Assembly (NCBI GenBank): GCA_963848635.1
Contig: CAWKEA010000002.1
Coordinates: 13,464-77,463 of the forward strand
From: an uncultured bacterium
GTDB taxonomy: Bacteria > Patescibacteriota > Minisyncoccia > Phycocordibacterales > PALSA-1337
Reading direction: 5' to 3'
Length of the DNA stretch: 64,000 nt
The translations under genes were made by a program, and so were the position numbers. This document shows, in pieces, positions 1 to 10,927 of the stretch (positions within the stretch are counted from its first letter, which is position 1; every line of letters begins with the position of its first letter). The notes below the pieces were generated by a model. The model was not told the DNA's origin. It was given only the letters and a program-made list of their open reading frames with translations, and made no database searches.

Positions 1-1030
1 TTCCCATTCTCTACCATCAAAATTTCCTTTTATACTTTTAATTTTACCGACAACTTTAAGTTTCTTGATAAATTTATAGTAACTATGCAATAAAGCCTCC
101 CAACCGATTAGTTTTAATTCGATCTCGTCTCCTTTTATCTCTATGGACTCCAAAATAGAGCTTAATGTATAAACCTTTTCTCCAACTTTAAATCTATAAG
201 CGGGGTCAAATTCAGGAATTTCTTTCTCAATAACATTAATAATTAAATGAAGGTTACTTTTTGCCTCATCCTTATCTTTCTTTGATTTCCATTGGGGTTT
301 AGTAATTTTAACAACTAACTCATTATGAACATAAGATATAAACTTACCAACCATATTCATACAGTTCTCTAAGTATTCATCAGAAACGTCTAACCCTTTT
401 TCCTTCGTTCCATATCTTGCTCTATACTGTTCATCAGTCTTTGCCAAAATCCTTACACCATCTTCTGCCATACCGAGTGAATGAATAAAAAGATGCCTCC
501 TGTCGTAAAATTCCTTTATGCTATGATAATTAATTCCGAAATTATTAAAATCAACATCAAAAACATTATTATAGTATTTTTCAGTCTCAGATAGCCCACC
601 ACTCGTTAGACTGCGTCTATCTCTGGCTAATAATTTATTGAAAAGCTCGTCTAATGAATCATATGAGAGTATCTCACCAACAGAAAATTCAATTTTTGAA
701 TCACGATTTTTAAATGGTTCAGAAGTATATATGAACACGTCGCGAATAGTATCAATAAAAAAAGCTTCGAGTGCAGAAATAATTCTTATGAAGATCAGCT
801 CCCTGAGATATTCTGACGAATATTTTGACAAGTAACCCCTGACTTCATCTGCAGTTTCTTTAAAAGCAAATCTCCTAAACATAAGTGGTTTATCACCGAT
901 AATTTTTTTCTGTTCAATTTGAAACCCAAGATAACTTTCTGTATTAGAAAAAGTAAAAGAACCAATCTTGTGTAATTTCCTCAGCTGTTCTAATTCTCTG
1001 TTGAACTGTTGGAATGAATTCAGTTCCATG
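1..1030 (-). CDS. Hypothetical protein, C-terminus beyond window start (at least 343 aa, start ATG at 1030-1028). AT-rich gene with a possible HEPN-like Rx5H motif (YDRRHLFIH).
   Basis: I translated the minus strand by hand from ATG 1030 to position 1 and found no stop. The ORF track omits it because the stop lies outside the window. GC is much lower than in the adjacent gyrA. The motif is inferred from sequence only. Confidence 0.5.
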
Positions 1031-1050
1031 AATAATTTTTAATCATATTC

Positions 1051-3561
1051 TTACAAACAAATCATGCTCGCGAGCGAATCGCCTTCACGCAGCTTCATGA
1101 CGCGAACGCCTTGTGTGGCGCGAGACAATGTCGGAATCTCTTTCAAATCGGTGCGAATGACCTGCGAGGCCTTCGACATGACCACGATCTCGATGTCGTC
1201 GTCAGTGACGACTTTGGCGGCCATGAGAGAGCCGGTCTTTGGCGTGACGTTCATAGTCAGGATGCCGGAGCCGCCTCGATTCTGGACTTTGTATTCGGAA
1301 AGCTTTGTCTTCTTGCCATAGCCGTTCGCGCCGAGGACGAAAAGCGCCGGGTTCTTGGCGTCTTTCGAGACGACATCGGCGGAGATGACGTGGTCGGCGG
1401 CGATCTTTTTCTTTGCATCTTCTTCGGCAAGCTTGATCACGCGGACGCCGGCGGCGCTACGGCCCATCTCGCGCACATCTGATTCCTTGAAATGGATCGA
1501 CTGTCCTTCCTGCGTTGCGATGACGATATCATCGTTCTTTGATACGAAATTGACCGAAATGAGCTCATCACCGGCGTCCAATGTGATAGCGATCAAACCC
1601 GAACGTCGAACGTCTTTGAAATTTGAGGCGGACGTCTTCTTGCCCGTGCCGTTCTTGGTCACCATGATGAGCGACAGACCATCGGCCGCTTTCTTGTCCT
1701 TTGGCATAGGTAGGATAGAAGTGACCTTTTCGCCGTCAGAGAGCGACAGGAAGTTCATGATCGACTTGCCTTTTGTGGCGCGCTTGCCTTCAGGAATATC
1801 ATACATCTTGATCTGATATGCCTTACCCATATCAGTAAAGAAAAGCAGATCGTTGTGCGTCGTGCCGGTGACGAGGTGCGTGATGAAATCCTCCTCTTTT
1901 GTGTCGAGGTCGACGACGCCGACGCCGCCGCGCTTTTGCTTGCGATATTCGTCAGGATTCGTCCTCTTTATATAGCCGCCTTTTGTCAGAACGAGAACGG
2001 ACTCCTCGTCCGGTATGAGGTCCTCGGCGTTGAATGCTTTGACGCCGTGCTTGATTATCTTTGTCCTCCTCGGATTGTCGTATTTGGCCTTGATCTCGTT
2101 GAGCTCGTCCTTTATGATGCCGCGCACTTTTTTCTCACTGCTCAATATCTCCTTCAATTTGCCGATAATCTCCTGGATTTCCTTCAATTCATCCAAAATC
2201 TTCTTCCTCTCGAGACCAGCCAGCTTTTGCAAGCGCATGTCCAAAATCGCCTGCGCCTGGAGGTCGCTGAATTTGAACTTCTTCATGAGGCCTGCCTTTG
2301 CGTCGGCGACGTCACTCGATGCGCGGATGAGCGTGATGATCTCGTCGATATGGTCGAGAGCTTTTTTCAAGCCGAGCAAGATGTGCTCGCGCGCCTCGGC
2401 TGTGTCGAGGTCGAATTTCGTCCTGCGGCGGATGACTTCTATCCTGTGGACGATGAATTCTTCGAGGATCGTCTTGAGCGAAAGCGTCTGCGGCACGCCG
2501 TGAACGAGAGCGACGGTGTTTATATGGAAAGTATCCTCGAGCTGGGTGTGTTTGTACAAGAAATTCAAGACTTTTTCAGGATAGGCGCCCTGCTTGAGAT
2601 CGATGACGATGCGAAGGTCCTTGTCTGATTCGTCGCGCAAGCCGCGTATGCCGTCGATCGATTTGTCTCGCACAAGATCAGCGATCTTGACGATAAGATC
2701 GCTCTTGTTCACGCGAAATGGGATCGAGGTGATGATGATCTGAAACTGGCCTTTCTTGTCCTCGATTATCTCTGCCTCGCCGCGGACGACGATGCCGCCC
2801 CTGCCGGTCGAGTATGCATGCCTGATATCGTTTTCGCCATACATTATAGCGCCCGTCGGGAAATCGGGGCCTTTGATGAATTGCATAAGGTCGTCGGTCG
2901 TGGCGTCCTTGTTCTCGATCAGATGCGTCGTAGCATCGACGACTTCGCCCAGATTGTGCGGAGCGATGTTCGTGGCCATACCGACAGCGATGCCGAGCGT
3001 GCCGTTCAAGAGCAGGTTCGGGACAGCGGCCGGCAGTACTGTCGGCTCCTTGCGCGTGCCGTCATAGTTCGGACGAAAATCGACGGTGTTCTTCTCGATA
3101 TCGCGAAGAAGCTCTGACGAGATGCGCGACATCTTTGCCTCGGTGTAACGCATGGCTGCAGCTGGGTCGCCGTCGATGTTGCCAAAGTTTCCTTGGCCTT
3201 GGACAAGCGGAGAGCGCATGCGGAAATCCTGCGCCATGCCGACGAGCGTGTCGTACACGGCGACGTCGCCATGCGGGTGATAGTTTCCGAGCACGTCACC
3301 GACGACGACAGCCGACTTGCGGAATTTCGCGGTCGATGTCAGGCCTTTTTCGTGCATGGCGTAGAGGATGCGGCGGTGCACCGGTTTCAATCCGTCGCGC
3401 ACGTCCGGCAGAGCGCGAGCTGTGATGACCGACATGGCATAGTCGAGATACGACGTGCGCATCTCGGTCGTGATAGGAGCATCGATGAGGCCCAAGGCAG
3501 GGTCGCGCGGGACTTCGGCAGCAGCATCCGTATCTCTGTTTTTGTCGCTCTTTTTTGGCAT
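1051..3561 (-). CDS. gyrA: DNA gyrase subunit A
   Basis: 836-aa ORF with a canonical GyrA N-terminus ([38 protein letters not shown]), an active-site region and a C-terminal beta-pinwheel repeat region. Confidence 0.95.
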   Translation of the reverse strand: MPKKSDKNRDTDAAAEVPRDPALGLIDAPITTEMRTSYLDYAMSVITARALPDVRDGLKPVHRRILYAMHEKGLTSTAKFRKSAVVVGDVLGNYHPHGDVAVYDTLVGMAQDFRMRSPLVQGQGNFGNIDGDPAAAMRYTEAKMSRISSELLRDIEKNTVDFRPNYDGTRKEPTVLPAAVPNLLLNGTLGIAVGMATNIAPHNLGEVVDATTHLIENKDATTDDLMQFIKGPDFPTGAIMYGENDIRHAYSTGRGGIVVRGEAEIIEDKKGQFQIIITSIPFRVNKSDLIVKIADLVRDKSIDGIRGLRDESDKDLRIVIDLKQGAYPEKVLNFLYKHTQLEDTFHINTVALVHGVPQTLSLKTILEEFIVHRIEVIRRRTKFDLDTAEAREHILLGLKKALDHIDEIITLIRASSDVADAKAGLMKKFKFSDLQAQAILDMRLQKLAGLERKKILDELKEIQEIIGKLKEILSSEKKVRGIIKDELNEIKAKYDNPRRTKIIKHGVKAFNAEDLIPDEESVLVLTKGGYIKRTNPDEYRKQKRGGVGVVDLDTKEEDFITHLVTGTTHNDLLFFTDMGKAYQIKMYDIPEGKRATKGKSIMNFLSLSDGEKVTSILPMPKDKKAADGLSLIMVTKNGTGKKTSASNFKDVRRSGLIAITLDAGDELISVNFVSKNDDIVIATQEGQSIHFKESDVREMGRSAAGVRVIKLAEEDAKKKIAADHVISADVVSKDAKNPALFVLGANGYGKKTKLSEYKVQNRGGSGILTMNVTPKTGSLMAAKVVTDDDIEIVVMSKASQVIRTDLKEIPTLSRATQGVRVMKLREGDSLASMICL

Positions 3562-3705
3562 AAAAACGAAAAAGCACGAAGCTTTTAAGTACGTGTATTA
3601 TACCAAAAAGAACAGAAAAAGCGAGAGACGCGGAAACCGTATGTCAAGATGACATCTCGATCACTCGTGCTTTCAAAAACCTCCATTTCGAGCTACAATA
3701 TCCGC

Positions 3706-4992
3706 ATGTCAGAAAAGCCAGAAAAATCAAATAAGCTCTCGACAGAACCATACAAAGGCGTGCGCGACTTTTATCCTGCCGACATGGCCGTGCAGAAATA
3801 TATCTTTGAAAAGTGGAAGAAGACCGCGGAGAGCTTCGGCTATGAGGAATACGGCGCCTCCGTGCTCGAGCCGGCGGACATGTATCGGGCAAAATCAGGC
3901 GAAGAGATCGTCAACGAGCAGACATACACTTTCACTGATCGCGGCGAGCGCGAGGTCACGTTGCGGCCGGAGATGACGCCGACGGTCGCTCGCATGGTCT
4001 CGGCCAGGAAACGCGAGCTTGTCTTCCCCTTGCGCTGGTATTCGATACCGAATCTTTTCCGCTACGAACAGCCCCAGCGCGGCCGCGTGCGAGAGCATTG
4101 GCAACTGAACGTCGACCTCTTTGGCGTGGACTCGATCGAGGCGGACATCGAGGTCATTTCCCTTGCCTACCAAGTGATGAGGAATTTCGGCGCAAAGGAC
4201 AGCGATTTTGAGATACGGGTGAATGATCGTGGATTAATGAACTCAATTGTTCAAGAAATATTGGAAATCAACGATAAAGTGATAATAACAAAACTCTTTA
4301 AAATAATCGATCGAAAAGAAAAAATGCCTCAGCGAGATTTCGAAATTGCGACTGGACTTTTAATTGATGAAAAATCAATCCTCTTAACGAAATTATTGAA
4401 TTGCAAAAATATTGAAGAATTAACCACTATTATTTCTCAGAATAATAAGAAGGTTAGTAACGTAGTAGAAATAGCAAGTTTTATCGAACAACTTAAAGGG
4501 TTGGGAATCAAGAATATTCGCTTTGATCAAAGTCTCATGCGCGGTTTCGACTATTACACCGGCATGGTCTTCGAGATCTACGACACGAGCCCCGAGAACA
4601 AGCGCGCGCTCTTTGGCGGCGGCCGATATGACGATCTGGCCTCCCTTTTCGGCGGCGACAAGATCCCTGCGGTCGGCTTTGGCATGGGCGACGTGACGAT
4701 CAGAGACTTTCTCGAGACCCACAGTCTCCTCCCAAGCACAAAAGGCCCGGCTGATTATTACATCTGCGTCATGAGCGAGGCAGAAGCGGCTTTTGCCGAA
4801 AAGAAAGCAAAAGAGCTCCGCGACAAAGGCTCCCGCGTCGCCGTCGACTTTACCTATAAAAAGATCGGTGAGCAGATAAAATCCGCCGATAAGCGAGGCA
4901 TACCGAGCGTCATCGTCATCGGTCCCGAAGAAGCAAAGAGCGGCAAAGCAAAGGTAAAAGATTTGAAGACAGGAGAAGAAAAAGAATTGTAA
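3706..4992 (+). CDS. hisS: Histidine--tRNA ligase
   Basis: Class II aaRS motifs typical of HisRS (YKGVRDFYP, TFTDRGEREVTLRPEMTPTVARM, YEQPQRGRVREHWQLNVDLFG, GGGRYDDL). The ORF opens at 3649, and the likely start is M at 3706. It has an AT-rich insertion-domain segment at 4200-4530. Confidence 0.9.
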   Translation: MSEKPEKSNKLSTEPYKGVRDFYPADMAVQKYIFEKWKKTAESFGYEEYGASVLEPADMYRAKSGEEIVNEQTYTFTDRGEREVTLRPEMTPTVARMVSARKRELVFPLRWYSIPNLFRYEQPQRGRVREHWQLNVDLFGVDSIEADIEVISLAYQVMRNFGAKDSDFEIRVNDRGLMNSIVQEILEINDKVIITKLFKIIDRKEKMPQRDFEIATGLLIDEKSILLTKLLNCKNIEELTTIISQNNKKVSNVVEIASFIEQLKGLGIKNIRFDQSLMRGFDYYTGMVFEIYDTSPENKRALFGGGRYDDLASLFGGDKIPAVGFGMGDVTIRDFLETHSLLPSTKGPADYYICVMSEAEAAFAEKKAKELRDKGSRVAVDFTYKKIGEQIKSADKRGIPSVIVIGPEEAKSGKAKVKDLKTGEEKEL

Positions 4993-5043
4993 GAACGGAC
5001 TTTACAAGCTTTACGGACTTTTTAACTTTATAAACTCACTTTC

Positions 5044-5619
5044 ATGCGCGTCATCACCTTTGATATAGAGACAAAGAACTTATTTCAGGATGTCGGCTCC
5101 TCAGATCCGGCGGCTTTGGATGTGTCCGTCGTCGGCGTGCACGATTCCGAGTCGGGCGAATACACCGGCTTTCTTGAAAAAGATTTTTTAAAGATGTGGC
5201 CATTGTTCGAAGCGGCTGATGCCATCGTCAGCTTCAACGGAGACCATTTCGACATTCCAATCTTGAACAAGTATTACCACGGCAACCTGTCGAACATTAA
5301 AAGCATCGATCTCATGCTCGAGGTGCAGAAAGTCCTCGGACGAAGGATCAAGCTCGATACTCTGGCCGAAGCGACGCTCGGCAAGAAAAAGTCGGGAAAC
5401 GGCCTCGAAGCGGTGACATGGTGGAGAAACGGAGAAGTCGAAAAAGTGATGAAGTACTGCCTCGATGACGTGCGCGTGACCCGCGAGCTCTATGAATATA
5501 TGCGAGACAACGGATCGGTCAAATATCGCGAACAGGGCATCATAAAAGAATTAAAGATAGACACCGCCGGATGGGACAAAGCGCCGCAAGCGGCCATGAA
5601 TTTTTCATTGCCGTTCTGA
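5044..5619 (+). CDS. RNase H-like 3'-5' exonuclease (YprB / PolB-exo-like stand-alone domain)
   Basis: Has an N-terminal FDIET exo-I-like motif and a C-terminal YxxxD-like motif (YCLDDVRVTRELYEY). 191 aa. Confidence 0.55.
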   Translation: MRVITFDIETKNLFQDVGSSDPAALDVSVVGVHDSESGEYTGFLEKDFLKMWPLFEAADAIVSFNGDHFDIPILNKYYHGNLSNIKSIDLMLEVQKVLGRRIKLDTLAEATLGKKKSGNGLEAVTWWRNGEVEKVMKYCLDDVRVTRELYEYMRDNGSVKYREQGIIKELKIDTAGWDKAPQAAMNFSLPF

Positions 5620-5715
5620 TGCAGGAATGGGAGGCATCGAAACCAGTCTGAGCGCCCATATCGCGCTTTTACATTATGATATACTTAATTTACAGCAAAT
5701 TAATCATATATAATC

Positions 5716-6519
5716 ATGGAACCAAACCAAGAGACTAGACCCCAGCAGATACTTACGATACCGATGGCGATCGTTTTGGCTGCCGTCATCATAGCCGGAG
5801 TTCTGCTGTATATGTATCGTCCGACTGCTTCTATCCAGCCAGCGGCAAATAGCCAAACTGCACCATCAGCAACAGTTCCCGACACCAGCTCTCTGCCGCC
5901 CGTCACTGCGAGCGACCACATCCTCGGCAACCCAAACGCTCCGATAAAGATCGTCGAGTATTCCGATCCGTCATGCCCATATTGCAAGATGTTCCAGACG
6001 ACCATGCTTGAGATCATGCAAAAATACGGCGCTTCCGGACAGGTTGCTTGGATATATCGCGATTTTCCTCTCGACAAACCCGATCAGAACGGCAGTGTGC
6101 TCCATCCGAATGCAGGCACGCAGTCAAACGCTTTCGAATGCGCAGCCTCCGTCGGTGGCGATGCTGGTTTCTGGTCCTATGAAAAAGACTGGTTCACTAC
6201 GTTTCCTTCCGACGGCGCGGACGAATCGTCGAGCGTCGACAATCAACAGATAACGCAAACAGCCATCGATACCGGCCTCGATACGACAGCGTTCAAGGAT
6301 TGCGTCGCGAGCGGCAAGCTCTCTAAAGCAGTCGATAGCGAATATGCCGCCGGTCTTGCCCTCGGCATCGAAGGCACGCCGACCAGCTATCTCGTAACAT
6401 CAACGAGCCAGCCGATCGCCATTCAGGGAGCACAATCATATGCGGCGCTTTCGGCGGCTATCGATGCGATCCTTGCGAACAACGAACAAGGCGCCGCTTC
6501 TACGACATCGGCGCAATAG
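5716..6519 (+). CDS. Membrane-anchored DsbA-like thiol:disulfide oxidoreductase (thioredoxin fold, CPYC)
   Basis: An N-terminal TM helix, a CPYC active site preceded by IVEYSDPS, and a C-terminal GTPT cis-Pro region. Confidence 0.7.
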   Translation: MEPNQETRPQQILTIPMAIVLAAVIIAGVLLYMYRPTASIQPAANSQTAPSATVPDTSSLPPVTASDHILGNPNAPIKIVEYSDPSCPYCKMFQTTMLEIMQKYGASGQVAWIYRDFPLDKPDQNGSVLHPNAGTQSNAFECAASVGGDAGFWSYEKDWFTTFPSDGADESSSVDNQQITQTAIDTGLDTTAFKDCVASGKLSKAVDSEYAAGLALGIEGTPTSYLVTSTSQPIAIQGAQSYAALSAAIDAILANNEQGAASTTSAQ

Positions 6520-6729
6520 TTACGAGTGTGCGATAGTTACGACTGTATTATATTTACTGGTCACTACGTAACTGATTACCAAATATTAGCCCATTGTTGA
6601 GCCACAGTTTCCGCTAAGTGGATCTGCAGGCACCAACAACGCATGTATTGTTCAAGAAATAAAAGTTAAAAAATAGAAAAAATGCCACGGTAATTGGGTA
6701 GTATGCCTCTTATTTTCCATTTTCGAGTA

Positions 6730-6803
6730 ATTGCAAATCATTCGCAATTAAGCTTGATTTAATGGCTTACTTTCGTTATTCAATTGCAAACCATTCGCAA
6801 TTA
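6730..6803. repeat. Two copies of a 22-bp imperfectly palindromic motif (AATTGCAAAtCATTCGCAATTA) about 50 bp apart, in the convergent intergenic region
   Basis: Direct sequence comparison of 6730-6751 and 6781-6803. Confidence 0.5.
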
Positions 6804-6925
6804 GACGTCTGTATAAAAAGATCGGACAAGGAGAGATCGCCTCCGGCCGCGTTTTTATTTTTTCAGTTTTTCTTTTTTCAGTTCCTTCTTTTGTCTTTTC
6901 ATGTTTAATCATTCCTCCCCCCCTA

Positions 6926-9900
6926 TCAAAGACTGGCTCTTGTCAATCCGCACCATTCGCAGTCAGGGTCATCGCATCTGCTTTTAACAAGCTCGCCTGA
7001 CCAGACGCTATCGATGAGGCTTTGGATCTGCCGCTGTACGTCTGCTATGTCGTCAAGGCTTATCGGCAAAGAAACGATCGGGCAACGGCCTTTTTTGTCT
7101 GGCGAGAGGAAAACAAGCGCAGGTGTCACCTTCTTGCCCTTCCAACGCGGCTCATCGGCGAGCAAGATGCGATAAAAGACAAGCTGACGAAAATAATCGC
7201 CGTTTGAATTCTTGGTCTTGCCTTGTATCTCATTCATCGACATCCCTTCGCGGGTCTTATAGTCGAATACATAGAGCTCGGCGCCCGTGTCGACGATGGC
7301 ATCGAGCTTGCCGTGGAGAGGGATCGATATTTTTCCGCTGTCAGAGATAGCATCTCGATCTGTACGAGATGACATCTCGTACACGGTCTTGGCCCAACGT
7401 TCGGTGAATACCGTGGCCTGCGCAGGAACAGCGAAATGCGGCTCAAGCGCCTTTGCCACAGCTGGTGCATCATCAAACAGCTCTTTCTTGACCGATTCCT
7501 TCTCCAAAGCGGCGAGAAAAGAAGTATCCAGGTATTCGGCTGTTTTTTCCAAGATAGCATCTCGGATATGATCAGCTGTGCGATCCGCTTCTTTCCATAT
7601 CGAGGAGATAGCATAATGCATCGCGGTGCCTTTTTCCGCCGCAGGCGAAGGCGCTTGCGGCAATTTCAAGATGCTCAAGAATAAGAATTTATTCGGGCAC
7701 TCGAGAAAATGGTTCAGAGCAGTGACGGAAAGGCCATTTTCAAGAAGGACATGCTTGGCGATAGCTGTCATCGCAAGATGGGCAGAGGTGCTCCCTTGGA
7801 TTTGTACAAGGTCCGACCTTGTACTCGGCAATTCCGCTTCGACTCGCGGAACAAGGGTTGTCGCGACGCTTTTGGGGTCAAGCTCGGCTATGAATCGGAG
7901 CGGCGTCAGGGATTTGCCGTCGCCTTCTTCGAGAGCGGTCAAAATGACGGCGTGCTTCTTGGCTCTGGTCAAAGCGACATAGAAAAGCCTGCGCGTATCA
8001 CGGATATCATTGCCGCTCGTGCTCTTTTCCGGCAGAACGAAAGAAGCCCCGCGAGCCTTTCCTATCCATGCTTCTTCTGTGGCGTACGGGATAAAGACAT
8101 AGTCGAATTCAAGGCCTTTCGAGCCATGGGCTGTCATGGCGGAGATAGGCAGATCAGGAGCGCCGACGGACACTTTGACCGTCTTCGACTCAGCCGATCG
8201 GCGATAATCGAGCATGGCTTTCATCAGTTCAAGAGGGCTTTGGACATTCCCTTCCCGTGCCAGCGATTCGGCCAACGTCATGACGCCCCGCCAGACATGG
8301 ATGGCCGCGGGAACACGGCTGGCGATAGAGGAGAACCCGGAGATCTCTGCGGCATGCACAAGGAAAGCGACGGCGCCGTCTTCTTGCATCTTTTTTTGCA
8401 AGTGAACGAGAGCCGGAATCTTTTGTTCCAAGGCAATTCCATGACTGGATTCCGGCACAGAGATCCGGCTTTGCAACTGTCCGCTTCTCAGAGATCTGAT
8501 CAAGAGGATCGACTCGCTGATCGGGATATTCCACATACCGATCGCTATGGTCTTGGCCAAGCTGTCTGTTCGTGCGGGATCAGAGAGGAATTCGATCAGG
8601 TCAAAGAAGACTGCCCCTATTGGATGATGGAATATGTCGACGCTCCTCTCCGAAGACACGGGAATATGGTTTGATTCGAGGAGACGTATGACGCGCTCAA
8701 GATCGCGATTGCGCCGCGTGATGATGGCGATAGTGGCCGTTGGCTCATCTCTCGATATCGTTTGAAGCTCTTGGACAAGGTATTTTTCGATCGCTGAGAC
8801 ATTTTCGCCGGTGATGATGTCGAGCAGTCGAGGCGTTTCTTCATCTTCATTTTTTTGATGCGAGCCTTCAATAAACCGTTCCGCATTCCTTTTTTTATTT
8901 TTAGATGCATCTACGCTTTTTCTCGCCGCCGTAAGCTTTACGCGCAGATTTTTATGATCGTCGCCTTCATAATTGTTCTCTATCATGGCAAAAGACGCGT
9001 CCAAGATGCCTTGGTGCGAGCGATAGTTCGAATCGAGAGAGATGACTTGCATAGCCGGCCAGCGTTTCTGCAAGGTCAGAAAATTCTCGACGGAAGCCCC
9101 TTGGAATCGATAAATGGCTTGCTTCTCATCGCCGACGATGAACAGATTCGGCGTCTCAAAGAATTCGGCGATGACAGCGACGATGAAATTCTGGGCATCG
9201 TTCGTGTCCTGATGCTCGTCGACAAGCAGGTATAGGAACCGTTCCTGAACGAGCCTGAGAAAAAGCTCGTCATTGCGCAGAGCGACCAGGATCTCGATGA
9301 TGAGGTCATTATAGTCCATCTTCATGTTTTCTCGCTTATCTTTCTCGTATCTTTCATAGACTCGCGAAAAAATCTCGGTTCGCTCGCATTTTTCTATGCG
9401 TTCTTGCGCTTCCGCTTTCAACATGCCTTTTGTCGCGCCGCGGGTCGATATCGAACTCTCGTCATTCTGGATTCGTTCGATTTCTTTTTCGGCGAACTCG
9501 CGCACCATCTCTGGCGTTAAGGCATCCCTCTTCGCATCGTCGATGGCGCGCATGATGGCTGAGATATAGGCGTCAGGCTTGCCCGTCGGCCGGAGATCGC
9601 GGAACGCGGGCTCGGCGAGAATCGACCGTATGAGCGATTCTTGTTCGACATCGCCCATATGAGAAAGCCCCTCGAGATGAAGGAAATGATCCGGATATTC
9701 CGCGATCATCGCCGCGGCAAAGCTATGGAATGTATGCAAAGCTATCTCGTGCGCACGGTTGCCGATTATGCCTTGCAATTTTGAGCGCATCGCCTTGACG
9801 CCCGCATCGGTATACGTGATAGCCAAAATGCCCGATGGCGGCGTGTCCGTGCGTTTCAATATATTAGCTATGCGCAAGGTGAGTATCGTCGTCTTGCCCG

Positions 9901-10024
9901 TGCCCGGACCGGCGATGACCATGACCGGCCCGTCAATGGCATCGACCGCTCTTTTCTGGGCAGGATTGAGAGATCCGTATTTTTCTTCAAAAGCTTCGGA
10001 ATTCATGGGATGTACTAGTATCAT
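6926..10024 (-). CDS. UvrD/PcrA-family helicase fused to a C-terminal PD-(D/E)XK (RecB/AddA-like) nuclease with a 4-Cys cluster
   Basis: Walker A (AGPGTGKTT) and UvrD helicase motifs. The C-terminus has D..D/EYK..QL.Y nuclease motifs and RCDDPDCEWCG cysteines. 1032 aa. Confidence 0.85.
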   Translation of the reverse strand: MILVHPMNSEAFEEKYGSLNPAQKRAVDAIDGPVMVIAGPGTGKTTILTLRIANILKRTDTPPSGILAITYTDAGVKAMRSKLQGIIGNRAHEIALHTFHSFAAAMIAEYPDHFLHLEGLSHMGDVEQESLIRSILAEPAFRDLRPTGKPDAYISAIMRAIDDAKRDALTPEMVREFAEKEIERIQNDESSISTRGATKGMLKAEAQERIEKCERTEIFSRVYERYEKDKRENMKMDYNDLIIEILVALRNDELFLRLVQERFLYLLVDEHQDTNDAQNFIVAVIAEFFETPNLFIVGDEKQAIYRFQGASVENFLTLQKRWPAMQVISLDSNYRSHQGILDASFAMIENNYEGDDHKNLRVKLTAARKSVDASKNKKRNAERFIEGSHQKNEDEETPRLLDIITGENVSAIEKYLVQELQTISRDEPTATIAIITRRNRDLERVIRLLESNHIPVSSERSVDIFHHPIGAVFFDLIEFLSDPARTDSLAKTIAIGMWNIPISESILLIRSLRSGQLQSRISVPESSHGIALEQKIPALVHLQKKMQEDGAVAFLVHAAEISGFSSIASRVPAAIHVWRGVMTLAESLAREGNVQSPLELMKAMLDYRRSAESKTVKVSVGAPDLPISAMTAHGSKGLEFDYVFIPYATEEAWIGKARGASFVLPEKSTSGNDIRDTRRLFYVALTRAKKHAVILTALEEGDGKSLTPLRFIAELDPKSVATTLVPRVEAELPSTRSDLVQIQGSTSAHLAMTAIAKHVLLENGLSVTALNHFLECPNKFLFLSILKLPQAPSPAAEKGTAMHYAISSIWKEADRTADHIRDAILEKTAEYLDTSFLAALEKESVKKELFDDAPAVAKALEPHFAVPAQATVFTERWAKTVYEMSSRTDRDAISDSGKISIPLHGKLDAIVDTGAELYVFDYKTREGMSMNEIQGKTKNSNGDYFRQLVFYRILLADEPRWKGKKVTPALVFLSPDKKGRCPIVSLPISLDDIADVQRQIQSLIDSVWSGELVKSRCDDPDCEWCGLTRASL

Positions 10025-10171
10025 ATCAGAATAATCGCGTGCGATGAGATTCCTCTGATCTTCTGTAATAAACTACCTCACAGCAAGCTGTAGTAGCCGG
10101 AATAAAAAAGACCGCATATTGCTATGCAGTCTTGTGAGAAACGCTATCTGGCCGAAACATACCGATGGCCA

Positions 10172-10756
10172 CTAAACGTAAACGGTTTTGCGACTCAAAA
10201 TTACCAGGCCGAGCATTCCAGCGCTCAATAACATGGCGGTGGAACCGCCGTCAGGAAGCATGATTACAGTCGCCGTTCCATCGACATTCGGATTGCCCCA
10301 TCCGAACCCGGGCGAATTGCCATAACCATTGAGATTTGGCACGTTGCCATTGGATTGATCTGCGGACAGATAGATGCCCGCCCCGGACGAATGGCCGCCG
10401 ATGTCGGGAGCCGTCAGGAATAACAGCCCGTACTCGTCGACGAAATAGGTGGCATGAACGTCCACCAGATTGTCGACAAGCGGCAAGTTATCGCCATTGT
10501 TGTTTGAAACGACGACGCCCAGATTGGGAGGAGTCGACGGGTTGACGGGCGCCAAATAGTCGTAGTCGACCGTGACTAAACCGTAAGTGACATCGAGATA
10601 TCCGCCGGTCGCAAGACCGGAGGTGACATCGACCTGCCCGACTGCGCTCCATCCACCGCCGTTAAAGGCGATATTATAGGGCGTCGCCCATGCGCTCATA
10701 CTCACACCCGCGGCGCAAACCGCCGCCAATAAACCAAGCATTATTTTTTTCTTCAC
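10172..10756 (-). CDS. Secreted protein with a signal peptide and a C-terminal sorting-signal-like tail (LPDGG + TM + RK)
   Basis: N-terminal MKKKIMLGLLAAVCAAGVSMSAWA, a Gly/Asn-rich body, and the C-terminus LPDGGSTAMLLSAGMLGLVILSRK. Confidence 0.6.
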   Translation of the reverse strand: MKKKIMLGLLAAVCAAGVSMSAWATPYNIAFNGGGWSAVGQVDVTSGLATGGYLDVTYGLVTVDYDYLAPVNPSTPPNLGVVVSNNNGDNLPLVDNLVDVHATYFVDEYGLLFLTAPDIGGHSSGAGIYLSADQSNGNVPNLNGYGNSPGFGWGNPNVDGTATVIMLPDGGSTAMLLSAGMLGLVILSRKTVYV

Positions 10757-10876
10757 TTTGTCTCTTCCTTTCCTTGTTGTTTGTTTTGTTGTATGACTCC
10801 TCGAGTTTTCACACGAAGACTGTCAAAGATCCCGCACCGATCGTTCAACGGTATCTGCCCGCGATTGTAACATATT

Positions 10877-10905
10877 TATATAAAAAAACAAGCCCTTAAG
10901 CTTGT
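10877..10905 (-). terminator. Rho-independent terminator downstream of rpoD
   Basis: Minus-strand hairpin CAAGC-CCTTAA-GCTTG followed by a T7 run. Confidence 0.55.
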
Positions 10906-10927
10906 CTTCGTTGATGCGGCCTTTGCT

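Noticed and set aside
1064-3588. Multiple plus-strand ORFs (85-257 aa) inside the gyrA locus
   Set aside because: They are antisense to a full-length, well-conserved gyrA. They are typical GC-rich shadow ORFs with no recognisable domains.
7709-8674. 321-aa plus-strand ORF inside the helicase-nuclease gene
   Set aside because: It is antisense to conserved UvrD helicase motifs and is low-complexity Arg/Gly-rich.
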